Of a stretch of DNA of 64,000 bases, positions 30,226-39,970 are shown piece after piece (within the stretch, counting starts at the first letter, position 1; each line of letters starts with the position of its first letter). The translations under genes were made by a program, and so were the position numbers. The stretch is from NCBI GenBank assembly GCA_020632535.1, contig JACKFJ010000004.1, forward strand, positions 41,514 through 105,513, in the 5' to 3' direction. Source of the stretch: Candidatus Omnitrophota bacterium. Lineage in GTDB: Bacteria; Omnitrophota; Gorgyraeia; Zapsychrales; JANLHA01. Below the pieces are notes generated by a model. That model made no database searches. It worked only from the letters and a program-made list of their open reading frames with translations, and had not been told where the DNA came from.

Positions 30226-31476
30226 ATGACCATTAATACAGAACAACTCAAAATTGCCGTATGCGGTCATATTGATCACGGCAAATCTACACTCATCGGC
30301 CGCCTACTTTTAGATACCAGCTCTCTGCCCGACGAGAAAACAAATGAATTGAAAAAGATTGCAAAAGAATTCGGCGAAGAAACTCAACTGGCATATCTTT
30401 CAGATCAGCTCAAGGAAGAGCGCGAACGCAATATTACAATCGAAACAACACAAATATTTCTTAAAACTCATAAACGACCGTATTGCTTAATCGACACACC
30501 GGGGCATTTGGAATTTATTAAAAACATGCTCACCGGAGCTAGTCAAGCCGACGCAGCACTTGTTCTTGTTGATATTGAGGAAGGTATTGCTGATCAGACG
30601 CGACGCCACGCATATCTTCTCAAATTTCTTGCATTACCAAACATTATTGTCCTCGTTAATAAGATGGATTTGGTTAACTATGCGGAAAAAAAATTTAGAC
30701 AAATCGAGAACGAATTACGCTCTTTGTTTAACGAACTTGATTTAAAACCACTACATATTATTCCCATCAGCGCCAAGCAGGGCGAAAATATCAAAAAAAC
30801 GTCCCGGCGCATGTCTTGGTTTCACGGACCACATGTCATTAACGCTATTGATAACATCCCAAACACATTCGAAGGTACATTAAAGCAATCTTTACGTCTT
30901 CCTGTCCAAGACGTTTATCAGCATGACCACGAAGACATTATCGTCGGAAGAATTGCTTCCGGAGCACTTAATAAAAAGCAAAAAGTTTTTATTTATCCAC
31001 AAGCAACATTTACGACTATTAAAACCATAAAAGTTTTTGGAAAGGGAAAGCAGAGCGCACATGCTGGCGAATGTATTGGCCTGACATTAACCGATAACTT
31101 CCCCATTCGACGTGGCGATATTCTCTGCGCCGATGAATTCACACCGCAAACACAACGAAACTTTCGTAGCAATATTATTTGGCTAAGTTCAACAAAGCTG
31201 CAACAAGGACAAACCTTGCAGATCCAATGCGCGACGCAAACTTTTCACTGCAAAGTCATACAAATTCTAGAAGCAATTGATCCTAAAGATTTAAATATTT
31301 CTAAAGACAATGTTCTTAGCATTACAAAAAACCAAGCAGCACTGATTGAATTCACGATGTTATCGTCTGCCATTGTTGAAAAACACACGGACATTCCGGA
31401 ATTAGGTCGCTATACGATTGAAGATAATGACGGCCTTTTAGGAGCCGGAACTATTCTAGCCGTCAGACAAAACTAA
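30226..31476 (+). CDS. cysN: Sulfate adenylyltransferase subunit 1 CysN (GTPase only, no APS kinase domain)
   Basis: GHIDHGKSTLIGRLL, DTPGH and NKMD GTPase motifs; close to E. coli CysN by eye. At 416 aa it is too short for a fused CysC domain. It starts 2 nt after the cysD stop. Confidence 0.9.
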   Translation: MTINTEQLKIAVCGHIDHGKSTLIGRLLLDTSSLPDEKTNELKKIAKEFGEETQLAYLSDQLKEERERNITIETTQIFLKTHKRPYCLIDTPGHLEFIKNMLTGASQADAALVLVDIEEGIADQTRRHAYLLKFLALPNIIVLVNKMDLVNYAEKKFRQIENELRSLFNELDLKPLHIIPISAKQGENIKKTSRRMSWFHGPHVINAIDNIPNTFEGTLKQSLRLPVQDVYQHDHEDIIVGRIASGALNKKQKVFIYPQATFTTIKTIKVFGKGKQSAHAGECIGLTLTDNFPIRRGDILCADEFTPQTQRNFRSNIIWLSSTKLQQGQTLQIQCATQTFHCKVIQILEAIDPKDLNISKDNVLSITKNQAALIEFTMLSSAIVEKHTDIPELGRYTIEDNDGLLGAGTILAVRQN

Positions 31477-31477
31477 A

Positions 31478-32701
31478 ATGCAATATTTAAGCAAAACACG
31501 ACTTTCGCTTTGCCTTATCATACTTTTGAATTGTTCGCTTTCGGCACAAGCTGCTAAACCTTCGCCGACAGTTGCTGATTCCGAAAAATTCAAGACCATG
31601 ATGTCTCTTCCATACTTGCAAGGCTATTTCAAAGCACCACAGAAAACCAACGTCACTTTATATAATCGCGAACTAGCATATAAGGGCAACTCTTTATACT
31701 CATCGGGTGAATCTGCCATTGCTTACCTGATTGACATGAAGGGTCATGTCCTTCATCAATGGTCGTATGATTTACACAAAATCTGGCCGAACCAATCACT
31801 CAATGAAACTTCACCATTCTGGGAAAATGTTTATCTTTATCCTAACGGCGATTTGCTCGCTATTTATCACAATGGTGGTGTAATTAAAATTGACAAAGAT
31901 TCAAAGTTGCTCTGGTCATACGATTGCAATGCTCATCATGATCTTACCGTTGATAATCAAGGCAGGATTTATACTCTAACCAATGATTGGGTTAAACTTA
32001 AGAAAAATGTCCACATTACCGATAACTCAATCTTAATACTTTCGCCAGAAGGAAAATTCCTTAAGAAAATTTCTTTTTTACAAATGATGCATAAATCCAA
32101 GAATACTCACATTGAGCCGTTGTTAAAAAGGGTCGTCGGCATGGCTCTCAACGGTATGCATGATGTGTATCACACCAACACACTCAAAGTTTTTAACGGC
32201 CAATCTTCATCACGACAACCCGCAATTTTTAAAAAGGGCAACATTCTGATTTCGATGCTGACTCTTAGCACGATTGCAATCATCGATCCTGATTTGGAAG
32301 ACATTGTCTGGGTAGGTGGGCCACGATTATGGTCCGAGGGACAGCATAATGTGCAATTACTTGAAAATGGCCATATGCTCACATTTGATAATCACTATCA
32401 AGGAACGAAACAATCGCGCATTTTAGAATTCAATCCATTCGAAAGAATATCCATTTGGGAATATACTGATAAGGATTTTTATAGCGATACTCACGGATCA
32501 CAGGAAAGACTGCCGAATGGTAATACATTAATTATTGAAGCAAATAAAGGCCGCGCGTTTGAAATCACAAGAGACAAAAAAATAGTTTGGGAATTTCTTA
32601 ATCCTAATAAAACCGGCAAAGATAATGATTTGATCGCAACAATTTTTGTTATGTATCGCTTCGACTCTAGCTATACGTCCTCTTGGCTAAAATCACAGTA
32701 A
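31478..32701 (+). CDS. Secreted arylsulfotransferase (ASST)-like beta-propeller protein
   Basis: Signal peptide (LIILLNCSLSAQA/AKP). His-containing blocks AHHDLTVDNQGRIY, DVYHTNTLKVF and EGQHNVQLLENGHMLTFDNH resemble the ASST family as I recall it. ATG lies 1 nt after the cysN stop. Confidence 0.6.
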   Translation: MQYLSKTRLSLCLIILLNCSLSAQAAKPSPTVADSEKFKTMMSLPYLQGYFKAPQKTNVTLYNRELAYKGNSLYSSGESAIAYLIDMKGHVLHQWSYDLHKIWPNQSLNETSPFWENVYLYPNGDLLAIYHNGGVIKIDKDSKLLWSYDCNAHHDLTVDNQGRIYTLTNDWVKLKKNVHITDNSILILSPEGKFLKKISFLQMMHKSKNTHIEPLLKRVVGMALNGMHDVYHTNTLKVFNGQSSSRQPAIFKKGNILISMLTLSTIAIIDPDLEDIVWVGGPRLWSEGQHNVQLLENGHMLTFDNHYQGTKQSRILEFNPFERISIWEYTDKDFYSDTHGSQERLPNGNTLIIEANKGRAFEITRDKKIVWEFLNPNKTGKDNDLIATIFVMYRFDSSYTSSWLKSQ

Positions 32702-32802
32702 GCATTCCCTGCTCAGACAATGTCTCGCGCTCTATCGGCTCGTCCTAAAACGGACTCGCCTCTCGAGGATCGCCAAACTCGCATGGAATACTTACTATGA
32801 TT

Positions 32803-34857
32803 TTAAAAGAGCGGCTGACCATCAAAATCGAAAGATTTTATTTCCTCATCCGAGAAACCGACGACATGTAAAATAGTCGGACTTAAATCCATAATTGAGG
32901 GGGTTTTTTTCACAATAGGCCGATTTGAAAATAGAACACCGTCGACAAGAAGAGGATCAAAAAGATGCGTGCCAGACCATTTTCGCAAATTATCTTCAAT
33001 TAATTCAGCCGGAACCGCGCCTAAAGCCGTTTGCCACGAAGCACCATAACCAATATTAAATCCCACAACTAAATCTGGCCCCTGCTTTACAGTATACGGG
33101 CCACTATAGACATTTTCAGAAAAATAAACCTTATTCACGACGTGCTCATTAAATTTAGCGTCAACCCACGATTTTAAACCTTTAGCAATTTGATCTTTAA
33201 TCTGAGCTTTCTTAACACTGTCAACAATACCTTGACTCTCACGACCTTTTTCATTGATATAAATCGAACCAAAACCAATCGCATATGCTTTTGTTTTTGT
33301 CCAATCAATATCTTTTAAAAGTGGTTCTCCCATCAAAGCGCCAGCATCTTTTAATTCTAACAAACCTTGTTCACGCAACCAACTGTTTACATGCACAGTC
33401 CGTCGATAAGTATCAAAACCGTGATCAGATAAAACCAGCAATGTGTCCTCCGGCCCCAATTGCACCATCACTTTCCCAAGAATCACATCCATCTTTTCGT
33501 ACCAGTCATAAATAATATTTTTATATTCCGCCGGCGCGTTAGCTTCATAAAGCGGATGCTGAGAATCGATATATCGCCAGAACATATGTTGAATAATATC
33601 CGGATCCTCAAAGTAAAAAGAAAAAACACCCTTTTTAAATTTCTTTAATTCTACAGCCAGCATTTTTTCCCGCTCCTGCAAGACATCATCGACCTGTTGA
33701 AGAAAAACTTTTTCATCGAGACGCTTTTCATTAAGCGACCACGTATCAAAGGGCATGCCTTGCGTATGAAAAAGACCAATTTCCTCACTCAACGTTTTAG
33801 CAAATTCCGCCGGATGAGTGATTGGAAAAAACGGATCGCGAGGATCAATATTAAAAGGACTGACATATAACTTTAAATGTGGCTCAGTGGCAACAACAAA
33901 AAATTTAAAGATAGCTCTGGATTTACGAAAAAGCCCTAAATCAAAAACAATTTCCTGCCAATCACTCCACTGCCCTTCCCGCAGAACAACTTTCTTTTTT
34001 TGATATTCAATTTCAACTGTCCCCGTTGTTGGAAATGTCATTTTAAAAGGAACTTGTACATTCTTGACTGAACCATTAATTTCTTTAACGCGCGGCCCCC
34101 AAAAATCGCTAATCATCAAATGCGACTTTTTAACAAAAAAGACTTTCCCGCCAGTCGTATCCAAATTTTCATCCGGCAATGACGTATAAAACGAAAATGT
34201 CCCTTCGGTTCCAAGGACATCCGGCACGCCCATACCCGAAAGCATTTTTCCGTAAACTTGATCCGGAGGGAATGTCACCGGACATCCCAGAATCACTGTC
34301 GGAATCTTTTTCTCGGATGTGTATTGCCAAAAACGCTTGGCTTTTATGACAGGTTTAGCCACACCCCCTTCGGTATTAGACAATGACAAGGACAAAGAAT
34401 AATCCTTAGCGTCCCGCGTAATAAAATCAAAGATGCCATTCTTGCCAGAATTCTTTCCAGTTGAAAATGCGCTCCACGCAACAGGAGACTCAGGGGGATT
34501 TGTCGTCGCTAAGCGGCTGTATCCGCCCTGCGCCTTAAGACGAGCAAAGTTCTTCAATTTCCCGTGAGCCATCATGGGCTCCATAATCTTGGGACTTAAA
34601 GCGTCAAATCCGATGACGATCACTTTTTTATCAAATGTCGATGACGATTTTTGCATAACAACGACTCCAAAAATGACAACAATGACAATACCGATAAATA
34701 TAATTGTAGCCCATCCCTTATTGCGTTTGAGAAAATTAAATATTTTCTTAAAAAATACTACACACGTGCTCAATGCCCCCAGCAAAAATGCTAACAGCGC
34801 ACCACTTGCACTTGCAACGGTAAACCCCGTACCCGGATCAATATAACCAAAAATCAT
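32803..34857 (-). CDS. Membrane-anchored alkaline-phosphatase-superfamily enzyme (type I phosphodiesterase / nucleotide pyrophosphatase-like)
   Basis: 684 aa. N-terminal GYIDPGTGF followed by two TM helices. Then VIVIGFDALSP and TTNPPESPVAWSAFSTG (metal-ligand / nucleophile region of AlkP/NPP enzymes) and LVLSDHGF. Confidence 0.7.
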   Translation of the reverse strand: MIFGYIDPGTGFTVASASGALLAFLLGALSTCVVFFKKIFNFLKRNKGWATIIFIGIVIVVIFGVVVMQKSSSTFDKKVIVIGFDALSPKIMEPMMAHGKLKNFARLKAQGGYSRLATTNPPESPVAWSAFSTGKNSGKNGIFDFITRDAKDYSLSLSLSNTEGGVAKPVIKAKRFWQYTSEKKIPTVILGCPVTFPPDQVYGKMLSGMGVPDVLGTEGTFSFYTSLPDENLDTTGGKVFFVKKSHLMISDFWGPRVKEINGSVKNVQVPFKMTFPTTGTVEIEYQKKKVVLREGQWSDWQEIVFDLGLFRKSRAIFKFFVVATEPHLKLYVSPFNIDPRDPFFPITHPAEFAKTLSEEIGLFHTQGMPFDTWSLNEKRLDEKVFLQQVDDVLQEREKMLAVELKKFKKGVFSFYFEDPDIIQHMFWRYIDSQHPLYEANAPAEYKNIIYDWYEKMDVILGKVMVQLGPEDTLLVLSDHGFDTYRRTVHVNSWLREQGLLELKDAGALMGEPLLKDIDWTKTKAYAIGFGSIYINEKGRESQGIVDSVKKAQIKDQIAKGLKSWVDAKFNEHVVNKVYFSENVYSGPYTVKQGPDLVVGFNIGYGASWQTALGAVPAELIEDNLRKWSGTHLFDPLLVDGVLFSNRPIVKKTPSIMDLSPTILHVVGFSDEEIKSFDFDGQPLF

Positions 34858-34873
34858 ATCAAATTTATCCTAG

Positions 34874-34912
34874 CAAAAAAACAGGACAGATCGCACCGGC
34901 AACCTGTCCTGT
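34874..34912 (-). terminator. Intrinsic terminator after the Cys-rich mini-gene
   Basis: Minus strand ACAGGACAG-(14-nt loop)-CTGTCCTGT followed by TTTTTTT. Confidence 0.55.
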
Positions 34913-34932
34913 TCTCATCATATCTCAATAAA

Positions 34933-35148
34933 TTATTTCGCTGTCTGGCCGCCGGATTTAAACATAATCGGGCACATAGGAGCCTTGCTCGAAGACGAGC
35001 ACATCGACATCATCCCTTGCATAGAATAAAAAATCCCAGACAAAAGGATAACAATGACAAATAAAAAGAAAACCAATAAAAGTCTAGCCGATTTATCTTT
35101 AGAACCACAGCCGCATTTACAATTACATTCACATTTTTTGTCATCCAT
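34933..35148 (-). CDS. Cys-rich / Met-rich bitopic mini membrane protein (71 aa)
   Basis: MDDKKCECNCKCGCGS (five Cys in CxC spacing), one TM helix (LLLVFFLFVIVILLSGIFY), then MQGMMSMCSSSSKAPMCPIMF. AAGGAG Shine-Dalgarno 9 nt upstream and its own terminator. Confidence 0.5.
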   Translation of the reverse strand: MDDKKCECNCKCGCGSKDKSARLLLVFFLFVIVILLSGIFYSMQGMMSMCSSSSKAPMCPIMFKSGGQTAK

Positions 35149-35256
35149 AACTCAATTCTCCTTCGTTTAATTTAAAATAATGTACTCATTATACTGTGTT
35201 TCCAAAATTTTAACGAGTTTTATTTGTAAAACAGTCCCCTAGCTAATACTTATAAA

Positions 35257-35751
35257 ATGTTGTATACTTTCGATACCATGAAAAGTATATTTCTATCATC
35301 CTTCTCTAATGGTCATACACCTCGAAAAGGCTTTACTCTCCTCGAAGTCATAATCGTTGTCGTAATTCTAGGAGTTCTTGCCAGCCTTGCGCTGCCCAAA
35401 TATAACAACATGGTTATTCAGGGCGAATGTCGTAGCGTCGAAACGAATATGATTGTCATCTATCAAGCTGTAAAACTTTTTAGAATGAGAAATCCAACAA
35501 ACTCATACCCCGGATCAGCAAACTTAGCCGCTATCAACGCTACCCTTGGCCTATCAATTGCGGATGATCCACTACATAATTATTTCATACCTGCAGGAAG
35601 CCCTTGGGATATGTCGGTCATTAGAGTTGATGGAAAATATCATTGCTACCTACAATTTCCCATTGTCGGCGTTTATGACCAACCCAATGTCTATTGCCAA
35701 TATTATTCTGGTTTCGGCAGCGGTGACGTATGTCCATCGATTGTCGGATAG
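35257..35751 (+). CDS. Type IV pilin / pseudopilin-like protein (prepilin-type N-terminal cleavage/methylation domain)
   Basis: RKG/FTLLEVIIVVVILGVLASLALPKY is a class III signal peptide (G-F cleavage site, Glu+5). Four Cys in the C-terminal half. The start is ATG 35257 or ATG 35278. Confidence 0.65.
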   Translation: MLYTFDTMKSIFLSSFSNGHTPRKGFTLLEVIIVVVILGVLASLALPKYNNMVIQGECRSVETNMIVIYQAVKLFRMRNPTNSYPGSANLAAINATLGLSIADDPLHNYFIPAGSPWDMSVIRVDGKYHCYLQFPIVGVYDQPNVYCQYYSGFGSGDVCPSIVG

Positions 35752-35842
35752 ACATCTTACTATTCAAATTAGAAATGTTCTACAGTTGGTTGCAACAACG
35801 CGTTATAGCTGTACGCTAAACTCTAAAATATTCTTTCATATT

Positions 35843-36541
35843 CTACAGACTTTCTGCTGGAGGGTCTTGATTCAAAATTTCGCGATGATGGCGAATCATC
35901 CTCGCCTGAATCATATAAATGACCTCTTCCGCGATATACGTGGCACGATCGCAGATACGCTCAAGATCACGCGCGACCAGAATAAGCGGCACGGCGCGTG
36001 GAGCAGTTTTTCCATCTTTTACCATAAAATCCTGAACAAGACATTCCATAACAGAATTACGAAACTTATTGGACTTTTCATCAAACAGAATAACCTTCTC
36101 AGCTAAAGGCTCATCGTGACTTACAAAAGCATCAATGGCATTCTTCACCATCCACTTTGCATTGTCGGCTAAAGGCGGCAAATCATTGATTGGAGTCAAA
36201 AGCGCGCCGCCCTTTTCGGAAAGCTCGAGAACTCTTTGACAAATATTGACTGTCAAATCCGCGATGAGTTCCAACTCAGAATTAATATGCATGGCTGTAA
36301 CAATAAAGCGTAAATCTTTGGCCATTGGCTGAAACAGTGCTAACAATTCAATTGCGTGTTCTTCATTATCGATTTCCAAATCATCAACCTGTTCATCACG
36401 CTCAATGACTTCTTCGGCTAATTCCTTATTCACACTCTTTAAAGCTTCAAAAGAATCATGAATGGCCCGCTCGGTCAACGAAGCCATTTTCAAAAGATTC
36501 CCCTTTAACTTCTGCAATTCGTCATCCAAATGTCTTTCCAT
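35843..36541 (-). CDS. phoU: Phosphate signalling complex protein PhoU
   Basis: Two PhoU repeats, and the last gene after pstB. Start at ATG 36541 (MERHLDDEL) with AGGAGAGG Shine-Dalgarno; the track start at 36565 is a TTG inside pstB. Confidence 0.9.
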   Translation of the reverse strand: MERHLDDELQKLKGNLLKMASLTERAIHDSFEALKSVNKELAEEVIERDEQVDDLEIDNEEHAIELLALFQPMAKDLRFIVTAMHINSELELIADLTVNICQRVLELSEKGGALLTPINDLPPLADNAKWMVKNAIDAFVSHDEPLAEKVILFDEKSNKFRNSVMECLVQDFMVKDGKTAPRAVPLILVARDLERICDRATYIAEEVIYMIQARMIRHHREILNQDPPAESL

Positions 36542-36557
36542 GCTGACCTCTCCTATG

Positions 36558-37316
36558 TTAACCAAAACGACCGGTAATATACTCTTCAGTAATTTTCTTC
36601 GTCGGACGGGTAAAAATTTCGCTGGTCTTCCCTCGCTCGATGAGTTCCCCTTGCATCAAAAAGACTGTAATATCAGATATCCGTGCTGCCTGTTGCATAT
36701 TGTGAGTAACAATAACAATTGTATACTTTTTCTTAAGCTCAACGATAAGCTCTTCAAGTTTTGCGGTCGCGATCGGATCCAAAGCGGAAGCTGGCTCATC
36801 CATCAATACAACTTCCGGTTCAATGGCTAAGGCGCGCGCCACACATAACCGCTGTTGCTGCCCACCGGACAAACGCAAAGCATTTTCATGCAAACGATCC
36901 TTAACTTCATTCCACAATCCTGCGTTGATCAGACCTTGCTCAATCTTTTCGGCAATAAATTCCTTGTTTTTTACACCATTGATCCGTAAACCATACGCAA
37001 CATTTTCAAAAATCGATTTAGGAAAAGGATTAGGACGCTGAAAAACCATACCAACCTTGCGTCGCAAATCCACCACGTCGACATCAGGAGTATATATATT
37101 CTGGCCATCAATATGAATCGTTCCTTCAATGCGGGTGTTTGGAATCAAATCATTCATACGATTAAAACAGCGCAACAGCGTAGACTTACCACATCCCGAC
37201 GGGCCAATAATACTCGTCACTTCCTTAGGCGCAATACCCAGAGTGATATTTTTAAGGCATTTGCTCTGGCCATAATAAAAATTAAAACCATCAATAGCAA
37301 TAAAATTTTGACTCAT
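36558..37316 (-). CDS. pstB: Phosphate ABC transporter ATP-binding protein PstB
   Basis: Walker [10 protein letters not shown], signature LSGGQQQR, Walker B VVLMDEP. Confidence 0.95.
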   Translation of the reverse strand: MSQNFIAIDGFNFYYGQSKCLKNITLGIAPKEVTSIIGPSGCGKSTLLRCFNRMNDLIPNTRIEGTIHIDGQNIYTPDVDVVDLRRKVGMVFQRPNPFPKSIFENVAYGLRINGVKNKEFIAEKIEQGLINAGLWNEVKDRLHENALRLSGGQQQRLCVARALAIEPEVVLMDEPASALDPIATAKLEELIVELKKKYTIVIVTHNMQQAARISDITVFLMQGELIERGKTSEIFTRPTKKITEEYITGRFG

Positions 37317-37318
37317 AT

Positions 37319-38191
37319 TTACTCCTGACGCGATTTTCGCAAGTGATAACGCAAAACAATCGCGCTCAAATTCATTAAAAAAACCACCAAAATCAAAACC
37401 AAAGCCGTACCGTAAGCAATCGGCCTGACGATTTCAATCGCATGATGCTGCGTTGACATAATATAAAGATGATATGGCATAGCCATAAATTGGTCAAACA
37501 GTGATTTTGGAAGTCCAGGCAACGCAAAAGCCGCGCCGGTAAAAAGAATCGGCGCTGTCTCACCCGCCGCACGCGCCAAACCCAAAATAGTCCCCGTCAA
37601 CATCCCGGGAATCGCATACGGAAGAACATTTGTCCGTATCGATTGCCATTGCGTCGCCCCTAATGCAAGCGAGCCTTCACGGTACGACATCGGCACACCT
37701 TTTAATGCTTCCTCTGACGCGGTAATCGTCCACGGTAAAGTCATTAACCCCAACGTTAAACCTGCCGATAAAATACATGTTCCAAAATGCATCGCTTCCA
37801 CAAAAAGTGCCACACCAAAAAGCCCATAAACAATCGACGGAACACCAGATAAATTACGAATCGAAATCCGAATCAAACGTGTGAGCTTACCAGTACCAGC
37901 ATATTCATTTAAATAAATGGCACAGCCCATACCAAGCGGTACAGAAAAAATTGCGGTAATAATAGTAATCAAAACCGTACCAACAATCGTGGGCAAAATT
38001 CCGCCTTCGGCCATCCCGTTACGCGGCGATTGAGTGAGAAATTCCCATGTAATGACACCCCACGATTTAGAAATAATATCGAAGAAAATTACACTCAGAA
38101 TCCCAAGAATTATGAGCATACACAACCGCAAGAAGCCAAAACCGACAACTTGCTCTAAAAATTTTGTTTGTGCTTTTTTATAAGATTTCAT
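37319..38191 (-). CDS. pstA: Phosphate ABC transporter permease PstA
   Basis: PstA-like polytopic permease. I prefer ATG 38191 (MKSYKKAQ), 1 nt after the pstC stop, over the track start at 38227. Confidence 0.85.
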   Translation of the reverse strand: MKSYKKAQTKFLEQVVGFGFLRLCMLIILGILSVIFFDIISKSWGVITWEFLTQSPRNGMAEGGILPTIVGTVLITIITAIFSVPLGMGCAIYLNEYAGTGKLTRLIRISIRNLSGVPSIVYGLFGVALFVEAMHFGTCILSAGLTLGLMTLPWTITASEEALKGVPMSYREGSLALGATQWQSIRTNVLPYAIPGMLTGTILGLARAAGETAPILFTGAAFALPGLPKSLFDQFMAMPYHLYIMSTQHHAIEIVRPIAYGTALVLILVVFLMNLSAIVLRYHLRKSRQE

Positions 38192-38192
38192 T

Positions 38193-39071
38193 TTAACGTA
38201 ACTTGCTTTCGTAACGGTGTAGAACAATATCAGCTATCATATTAATAACAAAAGTAATCAAAAAAAGAACAAGTCCAACGGCAAACAAAGCATGATAATG
38301 TGTTGTAAAGTAGGGGACTTCCCCAAGTTCAATTGCAATTGTCGATGTCATAGGCCGCACTGAATTTAAAAATCCCGATGGGAAAGCTGGCGCATTACCG
38401 GTAGCCATGAGAACGGTCATCGTTTCACCAATCGCGCGCCCCATACCCAACATACAAGCCGCAATAATTCCCGAACTAGCCGCTTGCAACTTCACTTTAA
38501 CTAATGTTTGCCAATGACTTGCTCCCAAAGCCAATGATGCCTCTTGAAAAGATTTAGGGACATTGGCTAATGCATCTTCACAAAGACTCACAATGGTTGG
38601 CAAGGCCATTACCGCAAGAAGCACAGAACCATTAAGGGCATTAAGCCCGCTATATGTTCCGGTCATCTTCGCGATAAACGGCCCAACCATCACAATCCCC
38701 AGAAATCCGATAACCACCGACGGGATACCAGCCAAGATTTCAACAACAGGTTTAGCGATTTCACGGACTTTGGGACTTGCCACATCCGAAAGATACGCCG
38801 CAGTACCGATGCCGATCGGCACCGCAAGAACTAATGAACCAAGCGTAACCATGAAAGTACTGACAATCATCGAGACAATACCATAGCCCGGATTATAGTC
38901 TGAACTTGGATTCCAGTTCTTTCCGGTTAAGAATTCTTTCCACGGAACTTCCTTAAACGTCGGCATTGCATTTAAGACCAACAACAAGAAAATACCCGCC
39001 AAAATCATAATGACTAAAACACCATTGATCAAAAATGCTGTACGTATAATTTTTTCTTTTAATCGAAACAT
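38193..39071 (-). CDS. pstC: Phosphate ABC transporter permease PstC
   Basis: PstC-like polytopic permease sitting between pstS and pstA. Confidence 0.9.
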   Translation of the reverse strand: MFRLKEKIIRTAFLINGVLVIMILAGIFLLLVLNAMPTFKEVPWKEFLTGKNWNPSSDYNPGYGIVSMIVSTFMVTLGSLVLAVPIGIGTAAYLSDVASPKVREIAKPVVEILAGIPSVVIGFLGIVMVGPFIAKMTGTYSGLNALNGSVLLAVMALPTIVSLCEDALANVPKSFQEASLALGASHWQTLVKVKLQAASSGIIAACMLGMGRAIGETMTVLMATGNAPAFPSGFLNSVRPMTSTIAIELGEVPYFTTHYHALFAVGLVLFLITFVINMIADIVLHRYESKLR

Positions 39072-39083
39072 TCAAATCCCAAA

Positions 39084-39953
39084 TTATAGACCAGCGTTTT
39101 TATTAAAATCCTTATACTCTTGTGAAATCTCAAAAAATCCCTCTTCTTCAACAATCTTTTGACCCGCGGGACTCAATTCAAACGCCACAAAATCTTTGGC
39201 CGCGCCTGTCAATGAACCTTCAACATATTGATTTAATGGACGAGTAATTGGATAATTACCATTTCTAACATTCACCGTGTCCAAAGGATCATATGCTTTA
39301 GCTCCAGCCTTAGAAGCAATTTTAAGAACTTTAATACCTTGCGCATTCTTTGCGTAACCCACACCAACATAACCAACAGCTGATGGATCAGACTTGATTC
39401 CTTCAACAATCTGCGCATTCCCATTCATCTGGCGCATCGATGGCGAATAATCACCTTTCATAATATCTTCAATCATAAAATCATATGTTCCGGAATTGGA
39501 TTGACGACCATAAAGCGAAATCGGCATGTTTTCGCCACCAACTTCTTTCCAATTCTTAATCTCGCCCTTATAGATTTTCCCGACTTGATCGACTGTTAGA
39601 ACTGCTATCGGATTATTGGGATTAACAATAATGCTTAAACTATCCAAAGCAACGACGACGCGTACTGGTGAAGCACCGCGACTATTTGCTAATTCAATTT
39701 CTTTTCCTCTCATTAAGCGGGAAGCATTGGCAAGATCACATTTTTTATTGATCAATGCCGCAATCCCTGTCCCCGAACCACCCCCAGTGACCGAAACCAT
39801 TTTGTCTGGATTAACTTTCATATACTCTTCTGCAATTCTTTGAACCAAATTAATTAAAGTATCAGAACCTTTAACTTGTAAAACATCCGCGTAACTAACA
39901 CTACTTAAAAGCAACCCTGAGATTACAGCAAATACTATACTAAAATTTCTCAT
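39084..39953 (-). CDS. pstS: Phosphate-binding protein PstS
   Basis: Signal peptide plus VKGSDTL, GGGSGTG and SGTYD motifs of the PstS/PBP family. Confidence 0.9.
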   Translation of the reverse strand: MRNFSIVFAVISGLLLSSVSYADVLQVKGSDTLINLVQRIAEEYMKVNPDKMVSVTGGGSGTGIAALINKKCDLANASRLMRGKEIELANSRGASPVRVVVALDSLSIIVNPNNPIAVLTVDQVGKIYKGEIKNWKEVGGENMPISLYGRQSNSGTYDFMIEDIMKGDYSPSMRQMNGNAQIVEGIKSDPSAVGYVGVGYAKNAQGIKVLKIASKAGAKAYDPLDTVNVRNGNYPITRPLNQYVEGSLTGAAKDFVAFELSPAGQKIVEEEGFFEISQEYKDFNKNAGL

Positions 39954-39970
39954 TTCTCTCTCCTAATTAA

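Noticed and set aside
32702-32802. GC-rich ~100-nt spacer between the ASST-like and AlkP-like genes, considered as a REP element or bidirectional terminator.
   Set aside because: Only weak, mismatch-rich pairing (GCATTCC.../...GGAATAC ends; GTCC-taaaac-GGAC core) and no flanking T/A tracts. I could not support a defined structure.
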